A stretch of DNA of 64,000 nucleotides from Patescibacteria group bacterium (GTDB lineage Bacteria; Patescibacteriota; Minisyncoccia; Phycocordibacterales; Phycocordibacteraceae). Numbering within the stretch: the first letter of the stretch is position 1; each line of letters starts with the position of its first letter. This document shows, piece after piece, positions 8,851 through 18,792 of the stretch. The notes below the pieces were generated by a model that ran no database searches, was not told the origin of the DNA, and was given only the letters and a program-made list of their open reading frames with translations. Position numbers and translations under genes: made by a program. The stretch is from positions 243,026-307,025 of the forward strand of contig JAZJYZ010000001.1 in the NCBI GenBank assembly GCA_040390125.1. The letters are read 5' to 3'.

Positions 8851-8990
8851 ATGAGTTGATCAAAACTATACGATCAATCGTATAGTTTTGAATTTGAATG
8901 TTCTGAAAATTACCACATGGTAATTTTCAGAACTACTTTCTACCGCCATCTTCTACCTACTACTCTCTACCCACTACCCTCTGTTCCACC

Positions 8991-9635
8991 TCAGTGGGCG
9001 AGGGTGATTGCAATAACTTCAGAAGCACCCGCTTGAATGAGTGCTCGTTTTGCATCAGCGAGTGTTGTGCCAGTTTCCGCAACGTCATCTATAAGGACTA
9101 TCTGCATGCCTGTGACCTTTTCAGGACGAATGACGGAGAATGCCCCAGCAATATTTTTTTCACGCTCTGACTTTAATACTTCTACTTGGCTTGCTCTGTC
9201 TTCCCGACCCAACACATCAGGTGCATAGATGACCTGCCCTTCAAGGTGGGGGAGTGTGGCGAGCACGATTCTCTCCACTTGATTGTAGCCTCGAGCTTTT
9301 AGGCGAGCTCTTGAGCTTGGAATAGGGACGAGGAGTGGATTTCGCCAGCCCTGAAGCGTTTTCTTTTCCTCGAGTATGTGGATGATTTCATCAGCAAGGA
9401 TTCTGCCCAGAGCTGGCAGGGGTGCTTTTTCGCCCCGGTATTTTATTGCCCGAATAAGTGCACGAACTTTATGGTTTCGGTATGGGAAAAGTGCAGTAAT
9501 CCACTGCCTATCTCGATGAATCATCGGATGCAGAAGCTCCGCAAGGGTATCTTCTGAAAGTGAGCGTGCGATTGAGGATTCGCTGGATATTGGAATCAAT
9601 GCATCAAGAATCCTCCTAAAAATGTGGCCAATCAT
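8991..9635 (-). CDS. comFC: ComF family competence protein (ComFC-like phosphoribosyltransferase domain)
   Basis: C-terminal PRTase motif IVLIDDVAETGTTLADA. The N-terminal part matches the ComF/GntX layout. Confidence 0.75.
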   Translation of the reverse strand: MIGHIFRRILDALIPISSESSIARSLSEDTLAELLHPMIHRDRQWITALFPYRNHKVRALIRAIKYRGEKAPLPALGRILADEIIHILEEKKTLQGWRNPLLVPIPSSRARLKARGYNQVERIVLATLPHLEGQVIYAPDVLGREDRASQVEVLKSEREKNIAGAFSVIRPEKVTGMQIVLIDDVAETGTTLADAKRALIQAGASEVIAITLAH

Positions 9636-9743
9636 GGTATACTTGGCAACATTGTACCCCCATACGGCGCTTTGACTGCACTCATAAGAAGAACACTGCG
9701 GGAGGCATTAGAGATTCATCATGATAATTATTAGTTTCCGTCT

Positions 9744-10883
9744 TTGTCAGTCGTAGTATCTCTTTTAAGTATGGATTTTTCTCTCGGCGGTTTGTCTGAA
9801 AAATTGAGGCAGTTCACTTCCTCTTTAGGAGTGAAGGATGGATTGAGTGTACTTGGCGTGGACATTGGCACATCATCCATAAAGATAGTGCAGGTGAAAG
9901 AAGTGCGTGGCAGTGCCGTGCTTGAAACGTATGGTGAAATTGCACTTGGTCCTTATGCGAATGCTGAAGTAGGACAAGCGGTCAGTCCTTCGTCCGAAAA
10001 AATTGGGGAAGCATTGAAGGATGTGCTCCATGAGGCAAACGCAACAGCGAAAGCCGGTGGATTCTCTGTACCACTCTCCGGTTCACTCATTAATGTCATC
10101 AGTCTGCCGACCAAAGATCCAAACGATTTGGCAAACATGATTCCCATAGAGGCACGCAAGTATATTCCTGTACCAATTTCAGAAGTTGCACTCGATTGGT
10201 TTGTGATTCCTGATGAAGAAGCAAAATTTTTAAGTCCACAAGGCGGAGCAGGGAAGACCGCAAACTCAACAGAGGTGCTCCTCGTTGCTATTCATAACCA
10301 AGTGCTTGCTAAATATCAATTAATTACGGAAGCTGCCACGCTCACGCCTAGGTTCTTTGAAGTAGAGCCGTTCAGTATGGGGCGAGCTTCATACGAGCAC
10401 ACCACTGCACCCGCCATGATTATTGATATGGGTGCTTCTTCGACCCGGGTATACATTATTGAATTTGGTATTATTGATGTGTCGCACACTATAGGGCGAG
10501 GAGGCCAGGATTTGACGTTGGCTCTCGCAAAATCTACAGGCGCTACGTTCCAAGAGGCCGAGAACATAAAGCGTGACAAAGGCTTAGCTGATTCTGAAGC
10601 TGGCTCTGCTGCACTTGATTTCGTATTTGCTGAAGCTCGCCGTATTTTGCTCACCTATCAGCGTAAAGAAGGTAAAGCGGTTTCGCAGGTTGTACTCGTC
10701 GGAGGAGGAGCAGCACTGAAAGGTATTAAGGAGATGGCTGCAAAATCATTTGACGCACGCATTATTGTTGCTTCACCGTTTGAAAAACTGGCAACTCCCG
10801 CTTTCATTGGCGATGTCTTGAAAGGAGCGGGACCTTCGTTTGCTTCGGCAATTGGATTGGCACTTAGAGCACTGCACCAGTAA
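9744..10883 (+). CDS. pilM: type IV pilus assembly ATPase-like protein PilM
   Basis: Actin-like N-terminus VLGVDIGTSSIKIVQVK. It is about 380 aa and is followed by the pilN/pilO-like genes. Confidence 0.8.
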   Translation: MSVVVSLLSMDFSLGGLSEKLRQFTSSLGVKDGLSVLGVDIGTSSIKIVQVKEVRGSAVLETYGEIALGPYANAEVGQAVSPSSEKIGEALKDVLHEANATAKAGGFSVPLSGSLINVISLPTKDPNDLANMIPIEARKYIPVPISEVALDWFVIPDEEAKFLSPQGGAGKTANSTEVLLVAIHNQVLAKYQLITEAATLTPRFFEVEPFSMGRASYEHTTAPAMIIDMGASSTRVYIIEFGIIDVSHTIGRGGQDLTLALAKSTGATFQEAENIKRDKGLADSEAGSAALDFVFAEARRILLTYQRKEGKAVSQVVLVGGGAALKGIKEMAAKSFDARIIVASPFEKLATPAFIGDVLKGAGPSFASAIGLALRALHQ

Positions 10884-10975
10884 CAGCCAGAGCTTCTAGG
10901 TGCTAGCTTCTAGCTTTAATAATTTCCACTAACACCTAGAACCTAGAACCTAGAACCTTTTTTCTAGTGTTATGC
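10884..10975. repeat. word array in inverted halves (cttctaggtgctagcttctagc ... cacctagaacctagaacctagaacc)
   Basis: The two halves are approximate reverse complements, giving an imperfect hairpin between pilM and pilN. Confidence 0.7.
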
Positions 10976-10982
10976 TTTCCAC

Positions 10983-11618
10983 ATGGAAGAGCGTGTGAAG
11001 ACGTCGTTTATACCTAAGGCAGCGCTAAAGGTTGAGCGAACTGAAGTGAGAAGGGCAAGTCCCGTTGCACTCGTGAATATAGTCGCAGGTGCCATTTTGG
11101 TTATTACTATTCTTGCTGCCGGCGGTTTATTTGTTTTTGAGCGTTATTCAGTTCAAGCAGTCGAGAGCAAACGTCAATCATTAGAGCGATCTCGTGCAGC
11201 ATTTGAACCCGCTACAATAAAAGAGCTGTCACGCCTTGATACCAGGATTGCTGCAGGCACCGCACTTCTCAAAAGTCATACTGCACTCTCGTATCTTTTT
11301 GATGAGCTAGAAAAGCAAATGCTTTCCTCCGTTAGGTTTGAAGACTTTTCATATGACATCGCAGATCCAACCCGCACACTTCTTTCTGCAAGCGGGGAAG
11401 CGGCGAGCTTTAACGCTGTCGCATTGCAATCCGACGCATTCAGTAAAAGCAGTATTATCACCGAGCCTATTTTCTCGAACGTGAATATTTCGAAAACCGG
11501 TACCATAATTTTTGACTTCACCGCAGTAATCGATACATCACGTATGGGCTATACCGGCACAGTTGCACCAGCAGTATCAGTGCCTTCAGTAGCAACCTCT
11601 TCAACACCAGCACTATGA
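10983..11618 (+). CDS. pilN: type IV pilus assembly protein PilN-like
   Basis: Single N-terminal TM followed by a coiled-coil region. It sits immediately after pilM. Confidence 0.5.
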   Translation: MEERVKTSFIPKAALKVERTEVRRASPVALVNIVAGAILVITILAAGGLFVFERYSVQAVESKRQSLERSRAAFEPATIKELSRLDTRIAAGTALLKSHTALSYLFDELEKQMLSSVRFEDFSYDIADPTRTLLSASGEAASFNAVALQSDAFSKSSIITEPIFSNVNISKTGTIIFDFTAVIDTSRMGYTGTVAPAVSVPSVATSSTPAL

Positions 11619-12157
11619 AACTTCTAGCACCCATTGTTTTCCTTGCCATCTCCGGAGCCATCTTTTTCTTGTATATTGATAAAACATACGCAGGTTTAAA
11701 GACTGTGCTTGCGGAGGAGGCTCAGTTTGACGCTGCCCTCTCTCGTTCAAGAGAACTTCAAGATGTGCGTGACCAATTATTGAGCCGTTACAATACCTTT
11801 CCACAGGCAGATCTCGCTCGTTTGCAAAAATTAGTTCCTGATCACGTTGATAACGTACGCCTCATTCTTGATTTCGACAGCATGGCGAGCCGATACGGCA
11901 TGCGTGTGCGAGACGTGGTTATTGAAACTGCAAAAGAACGAACGACCCGAGGTCAAATAGGTCCTGACGAAAAATCCTACGAGTCGGTCATTCTATCCTT
12001 TACGGTCAGCGGTTCATACGACACCTTCCGTCAATACCTCGCCGACTTGGAGCGGAGCCTCCGTCTCGTTGATGTAGTGGGGCTTTCTTTTACTGCAAAC
12101 GAAACAGGCATCTATGACTTCAGTTTCCATATTAAAACCTACTGGCTTAAACCATGA
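11615..12157 (+). CDS. pilO: type IV pilus assembly protein PilO-like
   Basis: N-terminal TM and a periplasmic domain. Its start overlaps the pilN stop. Confidence 0.45.
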   Translation: MKLLAPIVFLAISGAIFFLYIDKTYAGLKTVLAEEAQFDAALSRSRELQDVRDQLLSRYNTFPQADLARLQKLVPDHVDNVRLILDFDSMASRYGMRVRDVVIETAKERTTRGQIGPDEKSYESVILSFTVSGSYDTFRQYLADLERSLRLVDVVGLSFTANETGIYDFSFHIKTYWLKP

Positions 12158-12462
12158 CGATACTTACACGTTACAAAGGAGTTCTTATTGCGCTAGCGGT
12201 CATCGTGGTCGCTTTTTTTGCGTACTCGTATTTCTTTCCTAAAGATTCTGCTCCGGCTCTTTCGGCCGAAATAGCACCCGAGAATGTTTCTGTCGACCAG
12301 GACTTAATTTCGCTCCTTCTTGAGCTTAAATCTATAAAACTCAATGACGCTATATTTGCTGACAGTGCATTCAAGAGCTTGCAGGATTTCAGTCAGGAGC
12401 TCGTGCCAGAACCTGTGGGACGCAACAATCCGTTTGCTCCACTTGGCGCAAAACCGAGATAA
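12154..12462 (+). CDS. small membrane-anchored pilus-assembly accessory protein (PilP-like?)
   Basis: Translationally coupled to pilO. It has one TM helix. Confidence 0.3.
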   Translation: MTILTRYKGVLIALAVIVVAFFAYSYFFPKDSAPALSAEIAPENVSVDQDLISLLLELKSIKLNDAIFADSAFKSLQDFSQELVPEPVGRNNPFAPLGAKPR

Positions 12463-12584
12463 TTAATGAACCTCCAAAATACAAACCTCAAAAACTAAAA
12501 TCTGCCAAAATCTCAATGATTAAAATTTTATTCCTTCAAAATTCATTTGTAACTTCTAACTTGGTTCTTGATTCTTTTTGATGT

Positions 12585-14348
12585 ATGGATGTTCTCTCAC
12601 TTCTCTCTCAAAAGGGTCTCATTGACACAAATGCTCTCGCAGGCATAAAGGAAGAAATTGCTTCAGGTTCAAAAACTCTTGAGAAAGCACTTCTAGACAG
12701 AGGTGTATCGTCTGGCGATATTCTTTCAGCTCGGGGAGAGTACTACTCGGTTCCTACACGCTCTATTGGTGATGACGCCGTCCCATTTGAAGTCTTAAAT
12801 TACATTCCCGAGGAATCCGCACGGCATTATCGTTTTATTCCGGTGGCTTTGAATGATGGCGTGTTAGAGGTTGGTACTACAGATCCTGACAATCTTGATG
12901 CAATTGAGGCACTGAATTTTATTGCCTCGCGTACAAATATACCCTACAAGCTTTTTCTCATCTCCGATGAAGATTTCGATAAAGTTATCGGAATGTACAA
13001 GGGACTCTCTGGGGAAGTGGGGCAAGCGTTAGGAGAGCTAGAGACCGCTACGCCCGACAATGATGCACTCTCTGTAACTCTCGACGAGGCTCCGAGTGAA
13101 AAACTCACAGACGCAGAGAATGGTAACGTAAAAATAAAAGAAGATGCTCCGGTCACTAAGATTGTTGCCACCATATTGCGTTATGCCGTTGACGGTAAGG
13201 CGTCTGACATCCATGTGGAGCCCACACGAGAGGAGTTAAAGGTGCGTTTTCGTGTCGACGGCGTTCTCTATACCTCACTTCGTTTGCCAAAAAATTTGGA
13301 GCGTTCTGTTATTGCACGCATCAAGGTATTGTCGTCGCTGAAACTCGACGAGCGTCGTAAACCACAAGACGGACGTTTTTCTGCAACTATCGATGCCAGG
13401 CGTGTTGATTTTCGTGTATCTACGTTCCCGACGTATCACGGTGAGAAGGTGGTGATGCGTATTTTAGACAGGCGACATGAGTCTCAGAAGCTGGGGGATT
13501 TAGGTCTTACGCCGGAGAACACGGAAATACTTCGAACTGCTATAAAACGTCCGTTCGGAATTATCATCATCTCAGGCCCTACAGGGAGCGGTAAATCGAC
13601 GACGCTTTACGCAATGCTTCAGGAGTTTGATCGTGAGGGCTTGAATGTTGTGTCTCTCGAAGACCCGGTGGAATATGACATCGATGGCGTTGCACAGTCG
13701 CAAGTACGACCAGAAATAGGATATACATTCGCATCAGGTCTCCGCTCAATACTGCGCCAAGATCCAAACATCATCATGGTGGGAGAAATCCGTGACAAAG
13801 AAACAGCGCAACTTGCAATTCAAGCAGCGCTCACTGGGCATCTCGTATTGACGACACTTCACACCAATAACGCCATTGGTATCGTGCCACGCCTGGTTGA
13901 CATGGGTGTCGACCCATACCTCATTGCGCCAACGCTCATTCTTTCTATTGCACAACGTCTGGTGCGACTTCGTTGCGAAGATGCTGGGCGACCTATTCCA
14001 TTTGAAGGTGCGGTAGCAACCATGATAGAGAATCAATTTAAAGATCTTCCAGAAGAATTTAAGAAGAAACTTCCTGAAACAAAGACGGTATACGGGATTT
14101 CGTCCTCTCCAACCTGCGCTAACGGCACCCGCGGACGCATTGCAGTCTTCGAGATGCTTCCTGCATCTCCTGAACTGGAACACACAATTCTCACAAATCC
14201 CATTGAAGACGAATTATATAAAGTGGCACGTGCACAAGGTATGTTTACGATGAAAGAGGATGCTATTATGAAAATGCTCAAAGGTACAATTCCGTTTGAA
14301 GAAGTGAATACGCTTGGCGGAGAATTGCTTCGCGATGACGAAGCCTAA
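12585..14348 (+). CDS. pilB: type IV pilus assembly ATPase PilB (GspE family)
   Basis: N-terminal GSPII_E_N-like domain. Walker A GPTGSGKSTTLYA, an Asp box, a His box and a tetracysteine-less C-terminus are present. Confidence 0.9.
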   Translation: MDVLSLLSQKGLIDTNALAGIKEEIASGSKTLEKALLDRGVSSGDILSARGEYYSVPTRSIGDDAVPFEVLNYIPEESARHYRFIPVALNDGVLEVGTTDPDNLDAIEALNFIASRTNIPYKLFLISDEDFDKVIGMYKGLSGEVGQALGELETATPDNDALSVTLDEAPSEKLTDAENGNVKIKEDAPVTKIVATILRYAVDGKASDIHVEPTREELKVRFRVDGVLYTSLRLPKNLERSVIARIKVLSSLKLDERRKPQDGRFSATIDARRVDFRVSTFPTYHGEKVVMRILDRRHESQKLGDLGLTPENTEILRTAIKRPFGIIIISGPTGSGKSTTLYAMLQEFDREGLNVVSLEDPVEYDIDGVAQSQVRPEIGYTFASGLRSILRQDPNIIMVGEIRDKETAQLAIQAALTGHLVLTTLHTNNAIGIVPRLVDMGVDPYLIAPTLILSIAQRLVRLRCEDAGRPIPFEGAVATMIENQFKDLPEEFKKKLPETKTVYGISSSPTCANGTRGRIAVFEMLPASPELEHTILTNPIEDELYKVARAQGMFTMKEDAIMKMLKGTIPFEEVNTLGGELLRDDEA

Positions 14349-14362
14349 AGATTATTACTACT

Positions 14363-14764
14363 ATGGAACCAAGTGCAAAAAAACAGTACTCGATTCTCCT
14401 TGTTGACGACGACCGGTTCCTTTTAGACATGTATACGTTGAAGTTTAAGAACGATGGTTTCGTAGTTGAGGCTATTCCTGATTCTTCGCTCGCTCTTGAA
14501 AAACTTCGAAAGGGTTTTGTGCCAAATATTATTTTGTTGGACGTGGTTATGCCTGGGCTCTCTGGATTTGAACTGTTAGAAGCTGTTCAGAAAGAGGGTC
14601 TTGCGAAAGGAGCGGTAATTATTATGCTTTCCAATCAAGGCCTTCAGGAAGATATAGATAAAGGTATGAAACTCGGTGCTTCTGGATACATCATTAAGGC
14701 AAGCTCAATCCCTTCCGAGGTATTACAGAAAACGTTGGCTATTGCCGATGCAAAAATAAAGTAA
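14363..14764 (+). CDS. single-domain response regulator (CheY-like receiver)
   Basis: Residues ILLVDDD...LLDVVMPGLSGFELL...IIMLSN...K match a REC domain. There is no output domain. Confidence 0.8.
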   Translation: MEPSAKKQYSILLVDDDRFLLDMYTLKFKNDGFVVEAIPDSSLALEKLRKGFVPNIILLDVVMPGLSGFELLEAVQKEGLAKGAVIIMLSNQGLQEDIDKGMKLGASGYIIKASSIPSEVLQKTLAIADAKIK

Positions 14765-14781
14765 GAGTGTGAGATTCTCAT

Positions 14782-15843
14782 ATGGAATATAAAAGCGAAT
14801 TGGAATCATTAATAGAGACGGTTATTGCGGAAGGGGCCTCTGATCTGCATATCACCGCAAACTCGAACCCAATAATTCGGGTTTCCGGTGCCCTAATCCC
14901 ACTTTTGAAACGTGCAAAATACACTTCTGAAGATACGAGAGGGCTGTTGACCGTACTTATATCACCAGAAAAGTTGAAAGCATTTAATGATGAGCAAGAG
15001 GTTGATTTCTCGTATCAATATAAAGACAAAGGGAGGTTTCGTGGTAATGCGTTTGTTCAGCAGGGAGCTGTTTCAGTGGCACTCCGTCTTATACCTAAAG
15101 AAATGAAGACTCTCGAAGAGTTGGGGTTGCCACCAATTCTTGAAACATTTTGCCAATTACAACAAGGATTTTTTCTCGTTGTCGGGCCTGTGGGTCAAGG
15201 AAAGTCGACGACACTTGCAGCGATGATAGAAAAGATAAATCAAACACGAACTGAACACATCATCACGATTGAAGACCCAATCGAGTACATGTTCGAATCA
15301 AAAAATTCAGTTATCAATCAGCGTGAGGTGAGGATTGATACTAAAACATTTCAAGCGGCTCTTCTTTCTGCGTTCCGTGAAGACATTAATGTACTCATGG
15401 TAGGGGAGATGCGGGGTCCTGAAACCATGTCTGCAGCTGTGACTGCTGCAGAAACAGGACACCTTGTGTTGTCGACCCTGCATACCAATAATGCGGCGCA
15501 AACCATAGATCGTATTATTGATACATTTCCAACAGGCCAACAGGATCAGATTCGTCTCCAGCTTGCATCATCGCTTGCTGGAATCTTCTCGCAACGTTTA
15601 GTCCCACGTATTTCTGGTGGCCTTATACCTGCCTATGAGCTTTTGATAAATAACGACGCAGTGGCAAATCTTATTCGTGAGAAGCGGACCCACGAAATAA
15701 ATGCCGTCATTGAGACAGGTACGGAGTCTGGCATGATTGATATGAATCGCTGTCTTGCGGACTTGGTGCGCCGTGGAGAAGTTACTCCTGAAAATGCCCT
15801 TGCGAAAACCTGGAATCCGAAAGCATTCTCCCGTCTTATGTAA
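14782..15843 (+). CDS. pilT: twitching motility / pilus retraction ATPase PilT
   Basis: Walker A GPVGQGKSTTLAAMI. Motifs HLVLSTLHTNNAAQTIDRI and AYELL are present and the length is typical of PilT. Confidence 0.9.
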   Translation: MEYKSELESLIETVIAEGASDLHITANSNPIIRVSGALIPLLKRAKYTSEDTRGLLTVLISPEKLKAFNDEQEVDFSYQYKDKGRFRGNAFVQQGAVSVALRLIPKEMKTLEELGLPPILETFCQLQQGFFLVVGPVGQGKSTTLAAMIEKINQTRTEHIITIEDPIEYMFESKNSVINQREVRIDTKTFQAALLSAFREDINVLMVGEMRGPETMSAAVTAAETGHLVLSTLHTNNAAQTIDRIIDTFPTGQQDQIRLQLASSLAGIFSQRLVPRISGGLIPAYELLINNDAVANLIREKRTHEINAVIETGTESGMIDMNRCLADLVRRGEVTPENALAKTWNPKAFSRLM

Positions 15844-15844
15844 A

Positions 15845-15930
15845 AAGAATGTAGAATGTAGTGAGTAGTATGTAGAGAACTTCCAAATTTTTTTCTTCGC
15901 TACTTACTACCTACTACACTCTACTTTCCA
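15845..15930. repeat. word array in inverted halves (gtagaatgtagtgagtagtatgtagag ... ctacttactacctactacactctac) between pilT and pilC
   Basis: Seen directly in the sequence. The two halves are related by imperfect dyad symmetry. Confidence 0.7.
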
Positions 15931-15936
15931 CTCACC

Positions 15937-17148
15937 ATGTTATTCAAATACCAAGCAATTGATTCAACAGGGGCAAAGCAGGACGGCACCATAGACGCAA
16001 TATCTCGTGACGTTGCGATTACTTCACTGCAACGTAGGTCTCTCACTATCTCTTCTATTCAGGAAACCGAAACTGAAAAGAGCTCAGTTTTTGGAAGCAA
16101 CATCACCCTCTTCGAGAGTGTGACGAACCGGGACATCGTACTTTTATCACGGCAGATTGCGACCCTCTTCGAAGCACAGGTGTCGGCATTGCGTGTATTT
16201 CGTCTACTTGCTTCGGAATCTGAAAAACCGCTTTTAGGACGAGTGTTAACTGAAGTGGGGGACGACCTACAGTCTGGTAGCCCTATATCAAAGGCTCTCT
16301 CAAAGCATCCAAAAGTTTTCACTCCATTTTATGTGAACATGGTGAAGTCTGGCGAAGAGTCGGGCAAGCTCGATCAGACATTTATGTATCTCGCCGACTA
16401 TCTTGATCGTTCCTACGAGGTGACGAGCAAAGCAAAAAATGCCCTTATCTACCCGGCGTTTGTTATTGCTACATTTTTTGTAGTGATGATTCTTATGATG
16501 ACCATGGTTATTCCACGCATCTCATCAATTCTCACTGACGCAGGACAAAAAATACCTTTGTATACGCAGGTGGTTATCAATATCAGTAATTTTTTCGTAG
16601 ACTATGGTGTATTTCTTCTGATTCTCGCTGTGGTTGGCGGAGTACTTCTTTTCCGTTATGCAAAAACTCCCCAAGGACGGGCGTCATTTAGTTCATTTGA
16701 ACTCGCTATTCCCTATGTGGGCGATCTCTATAAAAAGTTATATTTGTCCCGTATTGCTGACAATCTTGCCACAATGCTCGGCTCCGGTATTTCTGTAGTT
16801 CAAGCAGTTGACGTGACCTCAAACGTTGTTGGGAATGCTGTCTACGCTGATATTTTGCAGGAGGTTTCTGTTGCGGTAAAAGGTGGGGGTTCAGTATCGG
16901 GGGCTCTTGAAAAGCGAGCGGAAGTTCCTGGAATTATGGTTGCCATGATGCGTGTAGGAGAAGAAACAGGTGAATTAGGTAGTATCTTAAAGACGCTTGC
17001 CAAGTTTTATCAGCGAGAAGTTTCAACTAGTGTGGATACCCTTGTCGGGCTTATTGAGCCAATCATGATCGTAACGTTAGGCTTAGGAGTGGGTATACTT
17101 TTGGCGTCAGTATTGGTACCAATCTACAACCTTTCGGCGGCAATTTAA
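15937..17148 (+). CDS. pilC: type IV pilus platform protein PilC (GspF family)
   Basis: Two T2SSF repeats, three TM regions, about 400 aa. Confidence 0.85.
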   Translation: MLFKYQAIDSTGAKQDGTIDAISRDVAITSLQRRSLTISSIQETETEKSSVFGSNITLFESVTNRDIVLLSRQIATLFEAQVSALRVFRLLASESEKPLLGRVLTEVGDDLQSGSPISKALSKHPKVFTPFYVNMVKSGEESGKLDQTFMYLADYLDRSYEVTSKAKNALIYPAFVIATFFVVMILMMTMVIPRISSILTDAGQKIPLYTQVVINISNFFVDYGVFLLILAVVGGVLLFRYAKTPQGRASFSSFELAIPYVGDLYKKLYLSRIADNLATMLGSGISVVQAVDVTSNVVGNAVYADILQEVSVAVKGGGSVSGALEKRAEVPGIMVAMMRVGEETGELGSILKTLAKFYQREVSTSVDTLVGLIEPIMIVTLGLGVGILLASVLVPIYNLSAAI

Positions 17149-17149
17149 C

Positions 17150-17250
17150 GATTAGCCACTAGCCATTAGGGTATAGGGAGTAGTCAAAAAGCTTCCCATC
17201 CTTCTTGAATTTCCCTAAACGCTAGCCACTAAACCCTAAACCCTCTTTAG
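17150..17250. repeat. word array in inverted halves (tagccactagccattagggtataggg ... ccctaaacgctagccactaaaccctaaaccct) between pilC and pilA
   Basis: Seen directly in the sequence. Confidence 0.7.
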
Positions 17251-17377
17251 TTCTTATCCACATTTTTAAAGGTCATACTCCGTGGGAGCCTATACAATGG
17301 ATATTAGCTCTCGGCATTGCAGTCTTTCTTAATTTAGTAATTTCCTTGAGTTAAAATATATTCATAATAGAAAGTCT

Positions 17378-17830
17378 ATGTACATTAATTCAACAAAGCG
17401 AGGCTTCACCTTAATCGAACTCCTCGTCGTTATTGCCATCATCGGCATTCTCTCCTCAGTAGTCTTGGCGTCACTCAACACTGCACGCCTTAAATCACGA
17501 GACGCACGACGCTTCTCAGACATCAAACAACTCCAAATCGCCCTTGCTCTCTACAGCGACTCAAACTCCTCAGCATACCCAACCACACTCACCGCTCTTC
17601 AACCTACCTATATCAGTGTTGTTCCTACTGACCCTGTAGGTAATGCTGCCTATCGCTACTCTGCACTCGGTACTGGCGCAACCTGCTCAAGCTACCACCT
17701 TGGTGCCACACTTGAAGAGACTACCAACCAAGGTTTGAGTGGTGACATCGACGCAGCCGCAGGCTCCGCATGCACCGGCTCTTCTGCTGACTTTGCTGGC
17801 ACCGACCCTATCTACGACGTGAAGCCGTAG
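17378..17830 (+). CDS. pilA: type IV major pilin (PilA-like)
   Basis: Prepilin leader MYINSTKRG|FTLIELLVVIAIIGIL with Glu at +5. Confidence 0.8.
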   Translation: MYINSTKRGFTLIELLVVIAIIGILSSVVLASLNTARLKSRDARRFSDIKQLQIALALYSDSNSSAYPTTLTALQPTYISVVPTDPVGNAAYRYSALGTGATCSSYHLGATLEETTNQGLSGDIDAAAGSACTGSSADFAGTDPIYDVKP

Positions 17831-17865
17831 TTAGATAGCTTCTAGCTTCTAGCTTTTAGGACAGA

Positions 17866-17897
17866 GATATAATAAAAAATCCCCCGAATGGGGGATT
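17866..17897 (+). terminator. rho-independent terminator after pilA
   Basis: aaaaatcccccgaatgggggattttt hairpin followed by a T-run. Confidence 0.8.
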
Positions 17898-17946
17898 TTT
17901 ATTTTTATACTCTGAGTCGCTATTCTCACGGGGTATACTTCCCTCT

Positions 17947-18792
17947 ATGATTGAAGTGTTACTCCCAGCATTTGTTTTTGTTGTTGGGTTGTGTGTTGGA
18001 AGTTTTGTCAATGTTAGCGTATTTCGGTTTGGTTTTTCTGAGCACTCTCGTTCCCGTTCATACTGTATGGCCTGCGATATAACAATTGCTTGGTATGACT
18101 TGATACCGGTGTTCTCGTACGTTGCACTTTCCGGCCGATGTCGCAAATGCGGGAGTTCTCTTTCACTGCAATACCCACTTGTTGAGTTGGTGGTGGGTAT
18201 TCTCTTTCTCTTAGCATTTCTTGTAGTTCCTCCAGTACTTGCACTTTGGTCAGTCGTTGCATTCGTCATGCTCCTTATATTCCTGGCGTCCTTGGTTGCG
18301 CTTGTTGCCTACGATGTGAGGCACACACTTGTACCGCTCCCGTTCGTATATGTGTTGTTGGGTTCAGCCACCTTAGCTTCTGTGGCAGGAAGTTTATTTA
18401 TGCATTCCTATCTTCCTCTTATAGATGCATTTTTAGGAGGCGTTGCCATTTTTTTATTTTTTTTCATGATTGTTGCAGTGACCCGAGGGCGGGGGATGGG
18501 TATGGGTGACGTATATGTTGCTGGTTCTGCGGGGCTCTTACTTGGGTTATCTCGGGGTGTCGAGGCGATTATGTTTGGGGTCTGGTCAGCAACTATCGTG
18601 TATCTCGGAATATTCTTTTTATCCTCCATTAGCGCAAAAAAACGATTGTTGCCTACACTCCCTCGGGTTACCATGAAAACAGAGTTGCCGTTCGTACCAT
18701 TCCTTGCGTTTGGTATAGGACTCGCCCTGTTTACCACTCTCTCCCCTCTAGCCCTCGGATCCTGGCTCGCCACTATAGTATGGTTCAGATGA
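17947..18792 (+). CDS. pilD: prepilin peptidase PilD (A24 family)
   Basis: N-terminal CxxC...CxxC (CMACDI...CRKCG). Polytopic membrane protein with the conserved GMGMGD segment. Confidence 0.8.
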   Translation: MIEVLLPAFVFVVGLCVGSFVNVSVFRFGFSEHSRSRSYCMACDITIAWYDLIPVFSYVALSGRCRKCGSSLSLQYPLVELVVGILFLLAFLVVPPVLALWSVVAFVMLLIFLASLVALVAYDVRHTLVPLPFVYVLLGSATLASVAGSLFMHSYLPLIDAFLGGVAIFLFFFMIVAVTRGRGMGMGDVYVAGSAGLLLGLSRGVEAIMFGVWSATIVYLGIFFLSSISAKKRLLPTLPRVTMKTELPFVPFLAFGIGLALFTTLSPLALGSWLATIVWFR

